A stretch of DNA of 64,000 nucleotides. Source: Octopus sinensis. Lineage: Eukaryota. Both the position numbers and the translations under genes were made by a program. Under the pieces are notes generated by a model that made no database searches, was not told the origin of the DNA, and worked only from the letters and a program-made list of their open reading frames with translations. Location of the stretch: assembly GCF_006345805.1 (NCBI RefSeq), contig NC_043002.1:33356001-33420000 (forward strand), read 5' to 3'. Shown piece after piece: positions 14,105 to 27,388 of this stretch. How positions within the stretch are numbered: the first letter of the stretch is position 1; every line of letters starts with the position of its first letter.

Positions 14105-14764
14105 ATATAAACTTCTAATATAGGGATTAAAATGTTTCAAAAAAAATTTTCATCAGTGGCCAGCACATTAAAATACCTTTTACGGTGAAAATTATAAATA
14201 AGGGCAAAAGAAAAAATGATTCAATGCCAATATGCTGAAAGATAGACTTTAAATCGTCTAACCACATACAATATTTTTCACTATTAATACGCACCAAGCT
14301 AACAGAAATTTTTCAAGTTCGTTATTCCCAAATCAGACTGATTTCTTGATTAATCCAAAAGGATTCTTCCTTCATCAGTGAGAAACAAGATAAGAATAAA
14401 TGGAATACTTACATATACTCACAGAAAAAGCAGATGCAAAGTCATGAGTACATTTCTGTAGCAAGCCTCATTTCACGTGTAAACGATTAGGAAACTCACG
14501 TAAAGTGGTCACCAGTCCCGAAGTGAATGGAAATTAATTTGCTTCTAATATAAGGATAAATTTTTTTTAAATGTCATCAGTGGCCAGCACATTAAAATAC
14601 CTTTTAAGGTGAAAATTATCAACAATTATAAATAAGAGCAAAAGAATTATTGCTCCAATCTGGCCAGCCCCAAGAAAAAAACTAGGCTAAGAGCATTAGA
14701 TTCCTTGGAAAAAAGCATCAAATGAAAAACAGACGATGTTACACGAATATAAATACAAAAATAC

Positions 14765-14808
<44 letters not shown>

Positions 14809-14930
14809 CAACATACAGGACATAACAACATGTGCCTTTCGACTGGGGACGAATTGAATTCAGCTGGCGTGTGTGGAAATGAAGCCTTACGGCAGTGATA
14901 CAAGACTTTCACGAATACAGGGAAGAATAT
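14105..14930 (-). mobile_element. Penelope-like pLTR remnant with ~100-bp direct repeat and degenerate hammerhead
   Basis: CTTCTAATATA...CATCAGTGGCCAGCACATTAAAATACCTTTTA at ~14112-14210 and ~14542-14645; minus-strand TCA-CTGATGA-...AATCC-TTTT-GGATT...-GAAA-TCAG-TC-TGA at 14332-14381. Confidence 0.55.
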
Positions 14931-15597
14931 CGATATATGAGCGTGTAAGAGTTATTTTCAATAATTCATAGGTTCGAACCCCAATGCTGAAACTTCTCTT
15001 CGAAGCACAACTTGATACCAGACATTATAAAATATTAAAAAAAAATAAACAACGGAAGAATTTTTACGCCGCGGTTCGACCTCCTCGCAATAGAAGCCGA
15101 TCTTTTTTACAAGCAGATTCTATTTTCTGAAAAAAACAAAAAAACAAAAGAAATTTAAATAGTGTTATCTGGGCTTCTGAAAATACAAGGTTGGGTGGAG
15201 ATACCGCGAATGATTTTAAACGTAGTACTCCATCATTTCCGTGTTCGATCCATATTGAAACAAGCCAATTATGGTGTTATTGGTATCTTAATCCATTATA
15301 AATGCCAGTGAAATAGCCTTGAAATCACAGCCTACCATCCTAAAATCAGAAAATACTTACTTTGGGCAATATAGTCCTAGGTATACAAATTTGTTGGCTG
15401 GACTTCGCTAGAATGCCTTTGATTGTAGATGTGCTTGAATAATACGTGACGAAGAAGAAGTAATATTAGTAAATGAATATTATTTACATTTTCGCAAGAA
15501 CAGAAGATAGTCCCAATTACATATATAGATATTATTGTGAATTCATCGACTTTCATCGTTTTTGCCAAGGTAGAGGTGAACGAATCACTAAGATATG

Positions 15598-16032
15598 ATT
15601 CTTTATTAGCCACACAGAGCTGAACACAGACGGGACAAATTACAAAGTAGAGCTTTTCTTTTGGGGGAGAAAAAAATGTGGGCTAGGTTTTCGATCAAAA
15701 GGGATCGAAAAGAGGAAAAAAAAAAGAAAAAAAACGATCAATAAGGATCGTGTATCACAGAAATGTCATGATGTAAAGTGTAAAGGGGAAAGCAGATAAG
15801 GTTTATCCGTGGAAAGAAAAGCCTACGGAAAATACCACTGTACCCTCGGTCAATAATGTCACATGTTAACACATTTAAAACTCTCTGTTTTAAATTTTTC
15901 CGGGTTCATAGGATTATGCTCAAGGTGGCTTCGTCATTCATACGTGCCATCCTTGCTACATTCACCAATCTTTTTTTGAAGCATTCGCTAGACAAAGCTT
16001 GCCTCTCTACTCTCACTTTTCTTTTCAAGTGA
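15598..16032 (-). mobile_element. 3' end of a Tx1/L1-like LINE (ORF2 C-terminus plus 3' UTR)
   Basis: Minus strand HLKRKVRVERQALSSECFKKRLVNVARMARMNDEATLSIIL*, then T-rich UTR ending AATAAAGAAT. Clade assignment is inference. Confidence 0.65.
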
Positions 16033-16767
16033 ATTTAATAATATAACTCTAAATTATGTATTACAGTATATTTGATTATATACATTTAAATATCATATAT
16101 AGTTTATGTTTTTCGTTTTCCCTCTACAAGTTTCAATCATTAGACCGCGGCCATACTGGAGCACCGCCTTGAAAGGCTTAATCGAACAAATTGACGCTAA
16201 TAATTTCTTTTCTAAGTTAGGTATTTATTCTATCGGTCACTTTTTGCTAAACTGTTAAGTGACGGGGATGTAAACAAACCAATGTCAGTTTTCAAGCGGA
16301 AGAGAATTCAAACAGACACACACACAGACACACACACAGACACACACACACACACACGCAGACACACAAACACACACACATACACACACAAACAGACACA
16401 CACACACACACACACATACACACACTCATACACACATATCCGGGTTTTTTTTCGTTCTCCATTTTTTCCTCTTATTCCTTTATGGCGAAGAGAGTAGGCT
16501 CGAAACGTAAAAGACTTTCCCATTTTCCCCGAAAGTTAAACTTGTTTCTGTCCTTTGTTTTTCTGTAAATTTGAACTATATATATATATATATATATATA
16601 TTGTTCGAGAAAACTCAACCAGATGATGATGACGATGATATTCATACATACATACATATATATATGTGTGTGTGTGTATGTGTGTGTGTGTGTGTGTGTA
16701 CCAAATGATAAGAAGAAAAACAAATAAAATTCTTTAATACATCTTTAATGATTCAAAGGTGTGCTGC

Positions 16768-16801
<34 letters not shown>

Positions 16802-17389
16802 ACACATCTATCTATATATATATATATATATATAAACGACGGGCTTCTTTCAATTTCCGTCTAGCACATCCACTCACAAGGTTATGGTCGGCCACTTACC
16901 CAAGGTGTCACGCATCGTACTGAACTCTTACTACACAACAACAAATAGTTATTTTATGCTTTATGTATAGATATATAATTATTCGATTATTTCAACACCA
17001 ACATCGTATAAATTCCATATTTTCGTATTTGTCTCTTAATTATACTAATTAAAATATCTCTAAAACAGCTGTGGTATGTTTCTTTGTTTTTGGTTTTCAC
17101 TGCGGAGTTTCATCTTAATCTAAACCCCAGACGTTACACAAATCTTCCTGTAATCGTAAAGGAAATCAGAATATGAGATGGAAAGATTCTACATTTTAAA
17201 AAAATCTCTGATGTAACTTCAGTTATTTATGTATGTAGGTTCTTGCTACTAGTCAGAATATACCATTTATGCTTTAATGTCAACCAGAACACATAAATTT
17301 AGCAGTTGGCGAACGAACTGTAGCTAAATAAACAAAACTTAGTACACTGAAGATATGTAATATAATAGGAGGAACGCACACACCTATAA

Positions 17390-17422
<33 letters not shown>

Positions 17423-17721
17423 GTATGTATATATGTATATATGTTTGTAAGTATATGTGTGTGTGCGCGTGCGTTCATTCGAAACTGGTGGCTCACTCTG
17501 TTGCTAACCTGAGTTTCTCAGTGCTATGCGTTCATTTAGACGACAAATATACAGACGTGAAGGTATGTATGTATGAACATAGATACATACACATACATAC
17601 AGGTATGTATGCAAGGCTAGTTTTATACACAGGTGTTTTTTTCTAATAGATAGATATATCTGAAGTCTTTCACGAGCCTAAAGCTTATTAAGCCAGAGCT
17701 TGTTGCAAATTCGATGATATA

Positions 17722-18988
17722 CGAGGGGCGTTCAATAAGTAATGCCCCTGACCCACTTGCAGTTGTTTGATCTAGCAAATTTTGCATGTGCACTTATTCA
17801 TACCTCTATAGATTAAGTGGCGAATTACAGCTCTGAACTAATTGTGGTTTCTGATTTACAGGTGTTTGAACTGAGTCAAGTGTGAAATGGAGCCTGTTGA
17901 GTGTCGAGAAGTGATCTGGTTTTTGTATTTGAAAGGACGCACACCACGGGAGACTTTTGATGAAATGAAAGTAACTTATGGTGATGATGCCCCATCATAT
18001 GACCTTGTAAAACGCTGGCATTGTGAATTCAAACATAGTCGGAACTCTGTGGAAACAACTCCCAGATCTGGTCGCCCCCTTCTGCCGTTGATGAGACGTC
18101 TGTCGTCAAGTTGAGGCTGCCATTTTGGAAGGTCAACGCAAAACTATTCGCCAAATAGCCCATAAGGTCAAGATTAGTACCGGGTCTGTGGAAACTATCA
18201 TTCATGACCATTTGCATATGCAAAAGGTGTCTGTCAGATGGATTTCCAGGTTGCTCACACCTTTCCAGAAGCAAGAACGCGTTGAGTGCTCGAGGATGAA
18301 TTTGGAGATGTGCCAAGAAGATGAGCCAAATTTTTTCAAAAGACTGATCACACAGGATAAAACCTGGGTCCATCACTATGATCCATAGACCAAAGCCCAG
18401 TCAATGCAGTGAAAGAACCGTGACTCACCTCCTCCAAAGAAGGCAAGGGTGCAGCCCTCCGCTGACAAGGTTATGCTCACAGTCTTCTGGGACCAGGACG
18501 GAGTAGTGATGACAGATTTCCTGGCAAAGTGTACCACAATTACAGGAGCTTATTATGCTTCACTTTTGAGGAAATTAAGAGAAGCTATCAAAATCAAGAG
18601 GCGGGGCAAGATCAGCAAAGGCATCCTCCTCCTGCAGGACAACGCTCCGGTCCACAACACGCGTGTCGCCAGATCAGAAGCACAGGTGTGCAGCTATGAA
18701 CTCCTCCCCTTGCACCCTCTGATTTTCACCTCTTCCCAGCCATGAAGTTGATTTTGAAAGGAAAGCGTTTCCCAGATGATGCAGCCTTGATTTCTGAAGT
18801 CACGTCGTGGTTGGAGGACCAAGCTGGGGTCTTCTACAAAAACGGTCTCCAGAGCTGTATCAAACGATGGGAGAAATGCATAACTCTGGGTAGTTCCTAT
18901 GTAGGAAAATACTAATAACTGTGCCAAGTGTCGTTGCTCTACTGCTATGGGAAGTGGGTCAGGGGCATTACTTATTGAACGCCCCACG
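17722..18988 (+). mobile_element. Full-length mariner (DD34D-type) transposon, 1267 bp, TA TSD
   Basis: TIRs CGAGGGGCGTTCAATAAGTAATGCCCCTGACCCACTT / AAGTGGGTCAGGGGCATTACTTATTGAACGCCCCACG, each flanked by TA. Confidence 0.97.
17887..18915 (+). pseudogene. Mariner transposase pseudogene
   Basis: PRSGRP, WISRLL (WVPRxL), ITQDKTWVHHYDP, LLLQDNAPVH, LAPSDFHLF, RWEKC; frameshift ~18080, stops ~18388 and ~18410, YSPD part of the motif deleted. Confidence 0.93.
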
Positions 18989-19179
18989 TATAAACGACGA
19001 AGTGTACAATACCCTACCCTGGAGAGACGTCGGTTTTCTTTGCTTTTCCTTCTTTCTCAGACGATAAATATATATACGAATCAAACATTGGAATTGTTGC
19101 TGTTGCTGCTCCTTCTTCTTCCAATCAGGACGCAGCCCATTAGCCACAAAGAATAATCTCTAATTCGAGCCTACCCTAA

Positions 19180-19598
19180 GCTATTAAAAATGCGTATGGA
19201 AACTTGAAGATCCACCCACCACACACGATAGACTGACGGTTGCACGGGCGCGAAAGCTACGTTGTTATCCTCATTCCGTAAACGGTGGCTTTTAACGGGT
19301 GGAGAGCTGAACCATCCTGGGGTACAGAGAATTTGCAATCTAGACTAGGGTCTGAAAGTTTACCACACCTTGGTGGGTTACACCATGGTTCCTCTGCTTT
19401 GAGGCAGAAGTAGGAAGAGAGACTTGTGGTGAAAGAGTACAGCGGGGTTCACCCCACCCCCACCTCTGACCGCCGGAGCCTCGTGGAGCTTAGGTATTTT
19501 TGCTCAATAAACACTCACAATTCCCGATCTGGGAATCGAAACCGCGTTCTTACGACCGCGAGTCCGCTGCCCTAACCACTGGACCATTGCGATTCCAC
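19180..19598 (-). mobile_element. Family-A SINE head (19410-19598) joined to an unrelated 3' segment
   Basis: Matches 1632-1815 up to CTGTACTCTTTCACCACAA...CTTCCT, then diverges completely. Confidence 0.7.
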
Positions 19599-21552
19599 TG
19601 TTGTTGCTGCTGCAGTTGTTTTCCTCTAATGGCATATCTGTTCTTGTCATATAGAGTTGTGATCAAAGATGATTTATTTGTGATTAACCTATCTGGTTTT
19701 CACATTATCCCTACCTTTTCCAAAATCGTAAAGCGTAGTTGAGAGTAATTTGACTGATATTCCTAGCAGATCTTGTGAGCATACGATAGCTCCTTAGGTG
19801 GTTCAGTGTCCTATAGACACTAGCACACACACATACACATAACTGCATGCATACATACATAAATACATACATACATATACACACAACGCAGGGTTGATTT
19901 GATTGGTGCAGTAGTCTTGAAATATATAGGTAGTAAGACATATTCCTTCCTCCTTACTAACTCATAAAACTATGTCGACATTTCAAATCAATTAAAGTAA
20001 TAAAATTTCAACGAAGGTTACAGGTAGTCCGAATTAGCAGTAATTAACTAATTATTGCAATAGCAATCATTAGTAGACTATAAACAATTTAGATTAAAAT
20101 TCCAAACGCATGAAAATATTTATCCTTCAGAGATGGTTTACTGCGAAACAAACTATTTGTAAAGATTCTATTGTTGGTCAACCTTGCAATAGAACTACAA
20201 AATTATGCTTACATTTTCAAGCAAGAGTGTTTAGATGCAATGCAAACAGTAATTGCATACTGGAGACAGCACTCATACTAAACTTTCCGTCGCTGACTAT
20301 TCATCGTAGTTAAACTACATCCTTTTCTCTTTTTGGCACAAAGAGAAATCTGTCAGATAAATTTCCATTTTTATACAACTACATCAGAGATTAATTAAAG
20401 ATTTCTGAGCACAGGGAGAGAATTTTAGGCTGTTGCTATAACATACAGTCATTCGAATAGAGTGAAATCGGTTTGCCTAATTTGCATGACAGTGTCAGCG
20501 TTGGCTGAGTCAATTAATTTTTTTAAATAGCCCATAGCATTGAGATAAGTAAAAATGTAAGGTAAACTTATGAGCCTGTGGTTTTAGTAAACACAGATTT
20601 AACACCTCAATGAAAAAAGTTGATGCAGTTGTTAACTTGTCGAAGATGTTCAGATAGATCAGTTTTTCTGTCCACGGAGAGAAATGATTCCGTTTCAACC
20701 AAAGTCTCTAGTTTTTCACAGAGAGTAAAAAATGCTTGTTTACCATAAACACATACTTATAAGTTTACTTTTAAGTATGCACTTTAGCCTCCCAGTGCAA
20801 CATGATTTAATTACACCCTGGAATAAAAGGTAAACTTATACATTTTTATTCCAAAGAAAGCAAAATTTGTATTTCTTAAAAGACACACTCTCTTACATTT
20901 ACCATATATTTCTACGCACGCGACTACACACATATGCACAAACACACACATACACACAGACACACGCACACTCTCTCTCACACACCCACTCACATACACA
21001 AAGACATTCACACGCGCCCACACATATACACGTTATGGCTGTCTCCGTCGTTCGACCATAAGGATTCAGTTGTTTGATCAACTGACTTATCTGCTCCTGA
21101 ATTAACTTGTAAGTGGCCGAGCAAGACAAGCTTACTGAGTTTGTGAGTATATATGTACTTATGAATGTGTATACGTATGTATATGCGTATGTGAGCTGAG
21201 GAACGAATCAACCAAGAAGCCTTCATTGGCCACAGGACAAATATACTAGTAAAGTAATTCTCAAATAGAACCATCGTGACACAGTATGTGACAAACCTAT
21301 ATCTTTTTACTGATAATTACTATTCATTCACGATCTTCTATGGAAAACTACATTTTTCTAAAATAGAACACACTGTGATCGAATCTGGAATCTCGTGATT
21401 ACGAAGCGAATTCCTTAACTATTCGGCCATACTTTACTTATATATACATATATACACAAATATGCATACACCTGCATATTTCTGTGTGTGTATGAGTGTG
21501 TGTGTGCGTGTGTACGCGTGTGTGCGTGTGTGTGAGTGTGTATGTGTGTAAC

Positions 21553-21770
21553 TTTTACTTGTTTCAGTCATGTGTCTGCGGCCATGCTGGAGCACCACCT
21601 TGAAGGGTTTTTAGTCGAATAACCGAATCCAGGATTTATTTTTTAAGCCTAGTACGTATTCTATCGATCTATTTTGCCGAAATGTTAAGTTACGGACCCA
21701 TAAACACAAGCACCAGTTGTCAAGCGGTGTTTGGGGACAAACACATACACAAAGAAGCGCGCACATAGAT

Positions 21771-21802
<32 letters not shown>

Positions 21803-21955
21803 ACACATATACGATGAGCCTCTTTCGGTTTTCGTCTACCAAATCCACTCACAAAGCTTTGGTCAGTTTGCGGTTATAGTAGAACCACCATGCAGCAGGA
21901 GTGAACCGGGAACTAGATGGTTTAGAAGCTTCTTACTACACAGCCATGCCTGCAC
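21553..21955 (-). mobile_element. Family-B SINE
   Basis: Both halves present around a (CA)n tract. Confidence 0.85.
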
Positions 21956-22746
21956 CTATATATATATATATACGAGCAAAACGCTCTCAATCCAATGGAC
22001 GGTGCTGAATCATATCCGCTGAATAATCAGTGTTTTCTTTTCATTAAAAATAATTAAGCATGTCTTTATTTCAATAAAATTTTCGGTTTTGTCAAACGAA
22101 GTTATGACAAGAAAAAAAAAATCTTCTTGAGAAACCAAATAGTCTTTCTTCCTTCGTGCCATGTTTGAAGAAAATACCTCTTTTGCATCTTACTTTTTTG
22201 GTCTCTTAAATATACTGCATTTTGTGGCATTATTTCAAGCCAGCCGGCATTTTTGGCGCAAACTGCACGTGCATTTTTCTAGCGTACGCGTAGTATCGAT
22301 CACAACAGCTGATGTACTTGGGCGTACAAATGCACGTTCCTACGGCTTTATCGATTGCATTCTCACCTGGAATCAATTGTTGTAATTTTTTCAAGACTTA
22401 TACGCACCCTGACACCGTCGGTATCTACATATCAAATTTGAGGCGCAATCGGAAGGAGGATGCCCGAGATCCTAGAAGATACACACTCAGACAGACAGAA
22501 CATGAATTTGCTACCCAGGTATCGGTAACCGAATTTTCCATATTAGGATAATTCATTCACCTACTTATATACATATATATATAATATATATATATAATAT
22601 ATATATATAATATATATATACATACATATTTATATATATATATATATATTATATACACACACACATATACTATATATACATACACACATAATATGTATAT
22701 ATACATATATATAATATTTACATATACATACATGCACAGACAGACA

Positions 22747-22791
<45 letters not shown>

Positions 22792-23328
22792 TTGTCTATT
22801 GTATGACTGCCTTTGCTCATACGACTAATATTATCTCTAGTTGCGCCACATTACGACAAAAGGTAATTTTTCTTCGATAAACATCGATAAAGCAGTAGGT
22901 AGACCGAAAGAACTACATTCGATACGATCGACTAGAATATTCAAAGTTGGTGCCCCAGCATGGCCGTCTGATCACTGACACCAGTAAAACAAGAAACAAA
23001 TTCTCTTTGAACGTATTGTAATTTATGGAAACAGGAAAAAATGAAATATTACATTGTATCAGACATGTTATGTCACTCTCTAGCGGAATCGATTGTTTTT
23101 TTTTCTTTATGTATGGAACGTGTGTGTGTGTCTCCGTGTGTGCCCGTGAGTCTGTACATAATGAACATACATACATACATACATACATACATACATACAC
23201 ACACACACATACATCCATACATGTATACATATATACATACATATATATACATACATGCATTCATATATATATACATAAATACATACATCCACACACACAC
23301 ACATGTATATATATATATATACATCTAC

Positions 23329-23368
<40 letters not shown>

Positions 23369-23962
23369 ATATGTATGTATATGATTTATACATGTGTGAG
23401 TGAGAGTATGTGAGTGTTTGTGCGTGATTATTTGTGTTTGTGTGTGTGTGTGTAAGTGTGTATGTGTGAGCATGTGTATGAATGCGTGTGTGTATGTATT
23501 TGTGTGTGTTGTGTGTGTGTGTGTAAGTTTCCAATCTACATATGATATACGTCTTTGATTTGACGTTTCAATAAAATTAAACAATAGTATAAATATATAT
23601 ATATGTATATAAATGTATAAAAAGAAAGTAAGATTACGAGAGACATAACAGAGATCAATAGCTATGCCGTTATACAAATATATAAGTACGAAAGATTATA
23701 ACCAACAATAGAAAATGTAAAACAGCTGCATTCCAATTGTCTGCTTGTTTCAGACATTCACCGCAGTTTCTTATCACATGCAGCTGTGTTTCTCTCTCTT
23801 TTATGACAATATTGCAGAGACCCCCGACTTGCAGAGACCCCAACATCAACCACATTTTCATGTCAGGTTCCATCCACTGTGTCTCGTATTTATTATTCAG
23901 GGCCATCTTAGCTATTTCTGATAACTAAACTGAATTGATTTGGTTAATTATTTTTTTTACTT

Positions 23963-24375
23963 AGGCGTAGGAGTGCCTGTGTGGTAAGTAGCTTGCTTAC
24001 GAACCACATGGTTCCGGGTTCAGTCCCGCTGCGTGGCACCTTGGGCGAGTGTCGTCTACTATAGCCTCGGACCGACCAAAGCCTTGTGAGTGGATTTGGT
24101 AGTAGGAAACTGAAAGAAGCCCGTCGTATATATGTATATATATATGTACATGTATGTGTGTGTGTGTGTATTTGTGTGTCTGTGTTTGCCTCCCCCCCAT
24201 CTCGCTTGACGACCGTTGCTGGTGTGTTTACGTCCCCGTCACTTAGCAGTTCGGCAAAAGAGACCGATAGAATAAGTACTAGGCTTACAAAGAATAAGAC
24301 CTGGGGTCGATTTGTTCAACAAAAGGCGGTGCTTCAGCATGGCCACAGTCAAACGACTGAATCTAGTAAAAGAGT
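23963..24375 (+). mobile_element. Family-B SINE, near full length
   Basis: GGCGTAGGAGTGCCTGTGTGGTAAGTAGCTTGC...GGTTCAGTCCC...(TA/TG)n...GTAAAAGAG. Confidence 0.92.
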
Positions 24376-24639
24376 TACTCTGAAGAAGAGTTCTTTTACA
24401 AGGTCTCCATGTGTCATTGAGGAAATAAAAGACTAAACAACAACAAAAAGAATGGTTTGAATGCTTGCCGTAAATCCTGCCCCGCCTTTTCTTCTTCCTC
24501 TTCGTCATCGTCGTTGTCGTTCTCATCATCGTCATTATCCTCATCATTACCTATCGATATCAGCGATGACTGTCAATTTGTACAAGCATGAGTCGTGATA
24601 TCCCCTTCACGGATCCCTGTTCTAAGCTTTTGTGGTTCT

Positions 24640-25700
24640 AGCGGCAGATATCAATGTCTACGCCTTCCACGTCATGATTAACCACGTCCGTATATCTCAG
24701 TCGAGATCCATCCTGATTTCTGGTACCATGATACAAATGAGAGTTATGTATTTGTCTTTGGAAGTTCATCCCATTCATTGGACATTCTAAAACCAGCGGA
24801 GATTACGCTATACCAATTTTTCTTCCGCGTTACGTAGCTTGTGCTTCTTTAAGATGAAGATGTTCCTGACTTTGATTTTTCAGGTGATGTTCCTAATCTA
24901 CATCATAATGAATGTCTGCAGGTGTTTTTTTTTTTGTTTTTGTCTTTTCTGTTGATAATGTAACTATCTACATTTCCAATCTCTACAGCACCGTTGACAA
25001 TACATTCCTCTGTATTCTTTACAATTATATATTTCTTATTATATATTTCTTGTTCTCCAATTCGTCTTTTCAACCCTCCCAATAACGAGCTTGCTTTACT
25101 CATCTTCCGATCCGTACACCACTGAGCCTTCTACCATGTCCAGACATGCAAATTGGTTCATCTCTAACACTTTCTGCTCTTCGGCGATAATGATGATGAT
25201 GATAGATCAAGGTTATATTACTTGGCTTAAGTCAGGACTTAATATATTTCATATATTCGGAGCATTTAGTTATTCATGCTACAGTTTGTCCCTCTCATTG
25301 TTCGTGTAATATGTTCTTCTTCTCTGTCCTGCACCCTAGTTATGAAGTGAACAAGAAGATGCCAATGCTTTGAGTGAGGAAGCTTGAAGGTCACTTTCTG
25401 CTCCACCTTCCGCCAATGATGATATACTCCTCGGAGCATAAGGTGAAACAATTCCCATTAGTGTTGTACTTACATCATGTTTATCAGTATTATCGCTCTT
25501 CTTTCTGCTTCTTTCAAAAATGAGCAATGAATTCATTCATCCATTACCAGCTAATCTCTTTCTTGAACACACTGAATAAAGGTAGATATTTGTAGTGCAT
25601 TATAGTATTCTTTAATTTCAAGATTATTCAGCATTACTTTCCGATTTAAAGCCTCAAACCAAAATAGCAATTTGCTCCTCATTTAATGTGTCCATAATAT
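24640..25700 (-). mobile_element. Highly decayed RTE-like LINE fragments
   Basis: Minus strand remnant RNLRWF..VQ.M at ~24770-24810 resembles the RRLRWFGHVxRM motif; the rest is heavily degenerate and boundaries are approximate. Confidence 0.4.
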
Positions 25701-25909
25701 TGCTGCTTTTTAATGACAGAAACTTACAGCAGTCACACGTCTCTGCTCTGCTGATTTCCATTTTGTTTCCTTGATACTGCCATATTCTGGTAGTTTTGTC
25801 TCACAATGGTCACCTCTATCATTTTTGTATCTTTCCAGCTCCAGTGTTAGGAGTGCGATGCCCGCCTCAGTTCAATTAATAGTCTATTGTAAAGTTCTGA
25901 CACTCCTGG

Positions 25910-26052
25910 AAAGGTGCGTAGCTAAGCGATTAAGGTGTAGGTCCCACAACCATAAAATTTTGGATTCAGTTCCCACAACGGGCAAGTTGTTGAGTCGTTG
26001 AGCAAGGCACTTCATTTCATTTTGCTGCTGTCTACTCAAATAAAAATGAGGA
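25910..26052 (+). mobile_element. Old tRNA-derived SINE remnant (another family; relative at ~44165-44312)
   Basis: TAGCTAAGCG A-box-like, GGATTCAGTTCCC B-box-like, TTGAGCAAGGCACTT core. Confidence 0.5.
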
Positions 26053-26835
26053 CCAGACGAGCGCTAGTACAATCCACTTCTCTAGCCGCCAGTTACGTTC
26101 CTGGGTGTTGAGTCAAAGCTGAGAAAGCCAAGAAGGTGTTTATGTCTGACCGGGACCACATAAGCACATAGAACAATTTTGCGAAATTATGGCACATATT
26201 ACTGTGCCATAATCGTTTAGGAGTGACGGCAATATTTTTTTTTAATATATATTTCATTAGGCCAGTTAAATGTTGTCTCTTTCGCACTCTGCTAATTTTA
26301 CCCAACGTCACTCTCAAATGGAAGCGACCAGTCGATTAATAACGATCTAACAAAGCAGCCTCTTTGAAGGCTCACGTTTTGCTAGAAATAGCAACCAAAT
26401 CACTTCCTGCTCACATCTTACCCCCGCCAAAAAAGGAAAGATCGAATAATATAGACCAGCTTGCACTTATTGCTGAATAAAATACGTGATAGACGTGATT
26501 GGAAGGCTTTTCATCGTAAGTCTGATCAATTAGAGTCGACTTAGTAGAGATTGTTAAGCATTGTTATCATCATCAATATCATAATCATCATCATCCTCAC
26601 CATCATCATCATCAACAACAACAACAGCGACAACCAGCAAGATAATTACAATAATGACACCGCTGAGTCTGTTTTCACAGAAGTACTTTAACTTAACAAC
26701 TTGATCAATGCAACTTCGATTTTGTCGAAATCCATTTTGTATGACAGCACTGAATTAAGCTATTTTTGACTGTGTTCTATTTAAGAGAATTTGGTTCACA
26801 AATTTTCTTCGTGTTTTATCAACGAAAAGAAGTAC

Positions 26836-26961
26836 AACCAATCAGAGCCTTGCTAATTGAAAAGTCCTCAGGAACCGGTGTAATTAACGAACCATTAAAG
26901 AGGAGCTGCTATCTTTTACAAGTTGCTCTGCTGGAGATTTTTCACATGGATGCAGGTAAGT
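26836..26961 (+). promoter_or_regulatory. Candidate CCAAT promoter and first exon ending ATG GAT GCA G|GTAAGT
   Basis: AACCAATCAGAG at 26836-26847; CACATGG start context at 26946; consensus donor CAG|GTAAGT at 26955/26956; apparently non-repetitive sequence. Confidence 0.35.
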
Positions 26962-27158
26962 AGTAATGTGAGAGAATGGACATAAATATGACGAAAGAAC
27001 GGGGATGTTCGGCAAAATGAACAGTTCTGATACTGTAACTTCTTTTATAAAACAGTCAACAGATATTATAGTTATTGTTTAATCGATTCCACTCTTTCTC
27101 TCACTTCTTTCTCTCTTCCTTCTTGCTCTTCTCTCTCTCTCTCTCGTTTTCTTTCTCT

Positions 27159-27199
<41 letters not shown>

Positions 27200-27343
27200 A
27201 TATATATATATACACACATAAAAATACATACAAAAATGTGCATGTATATTTAACACACACACATAAGTTAAATAGAATATATATATATGTATGTATATAG
27301 GTATATATATGTGGGGGTGCGTGTGTGTGTGTGTGTGTATGCA

Positions 27344-27388
<45 letters not shown>

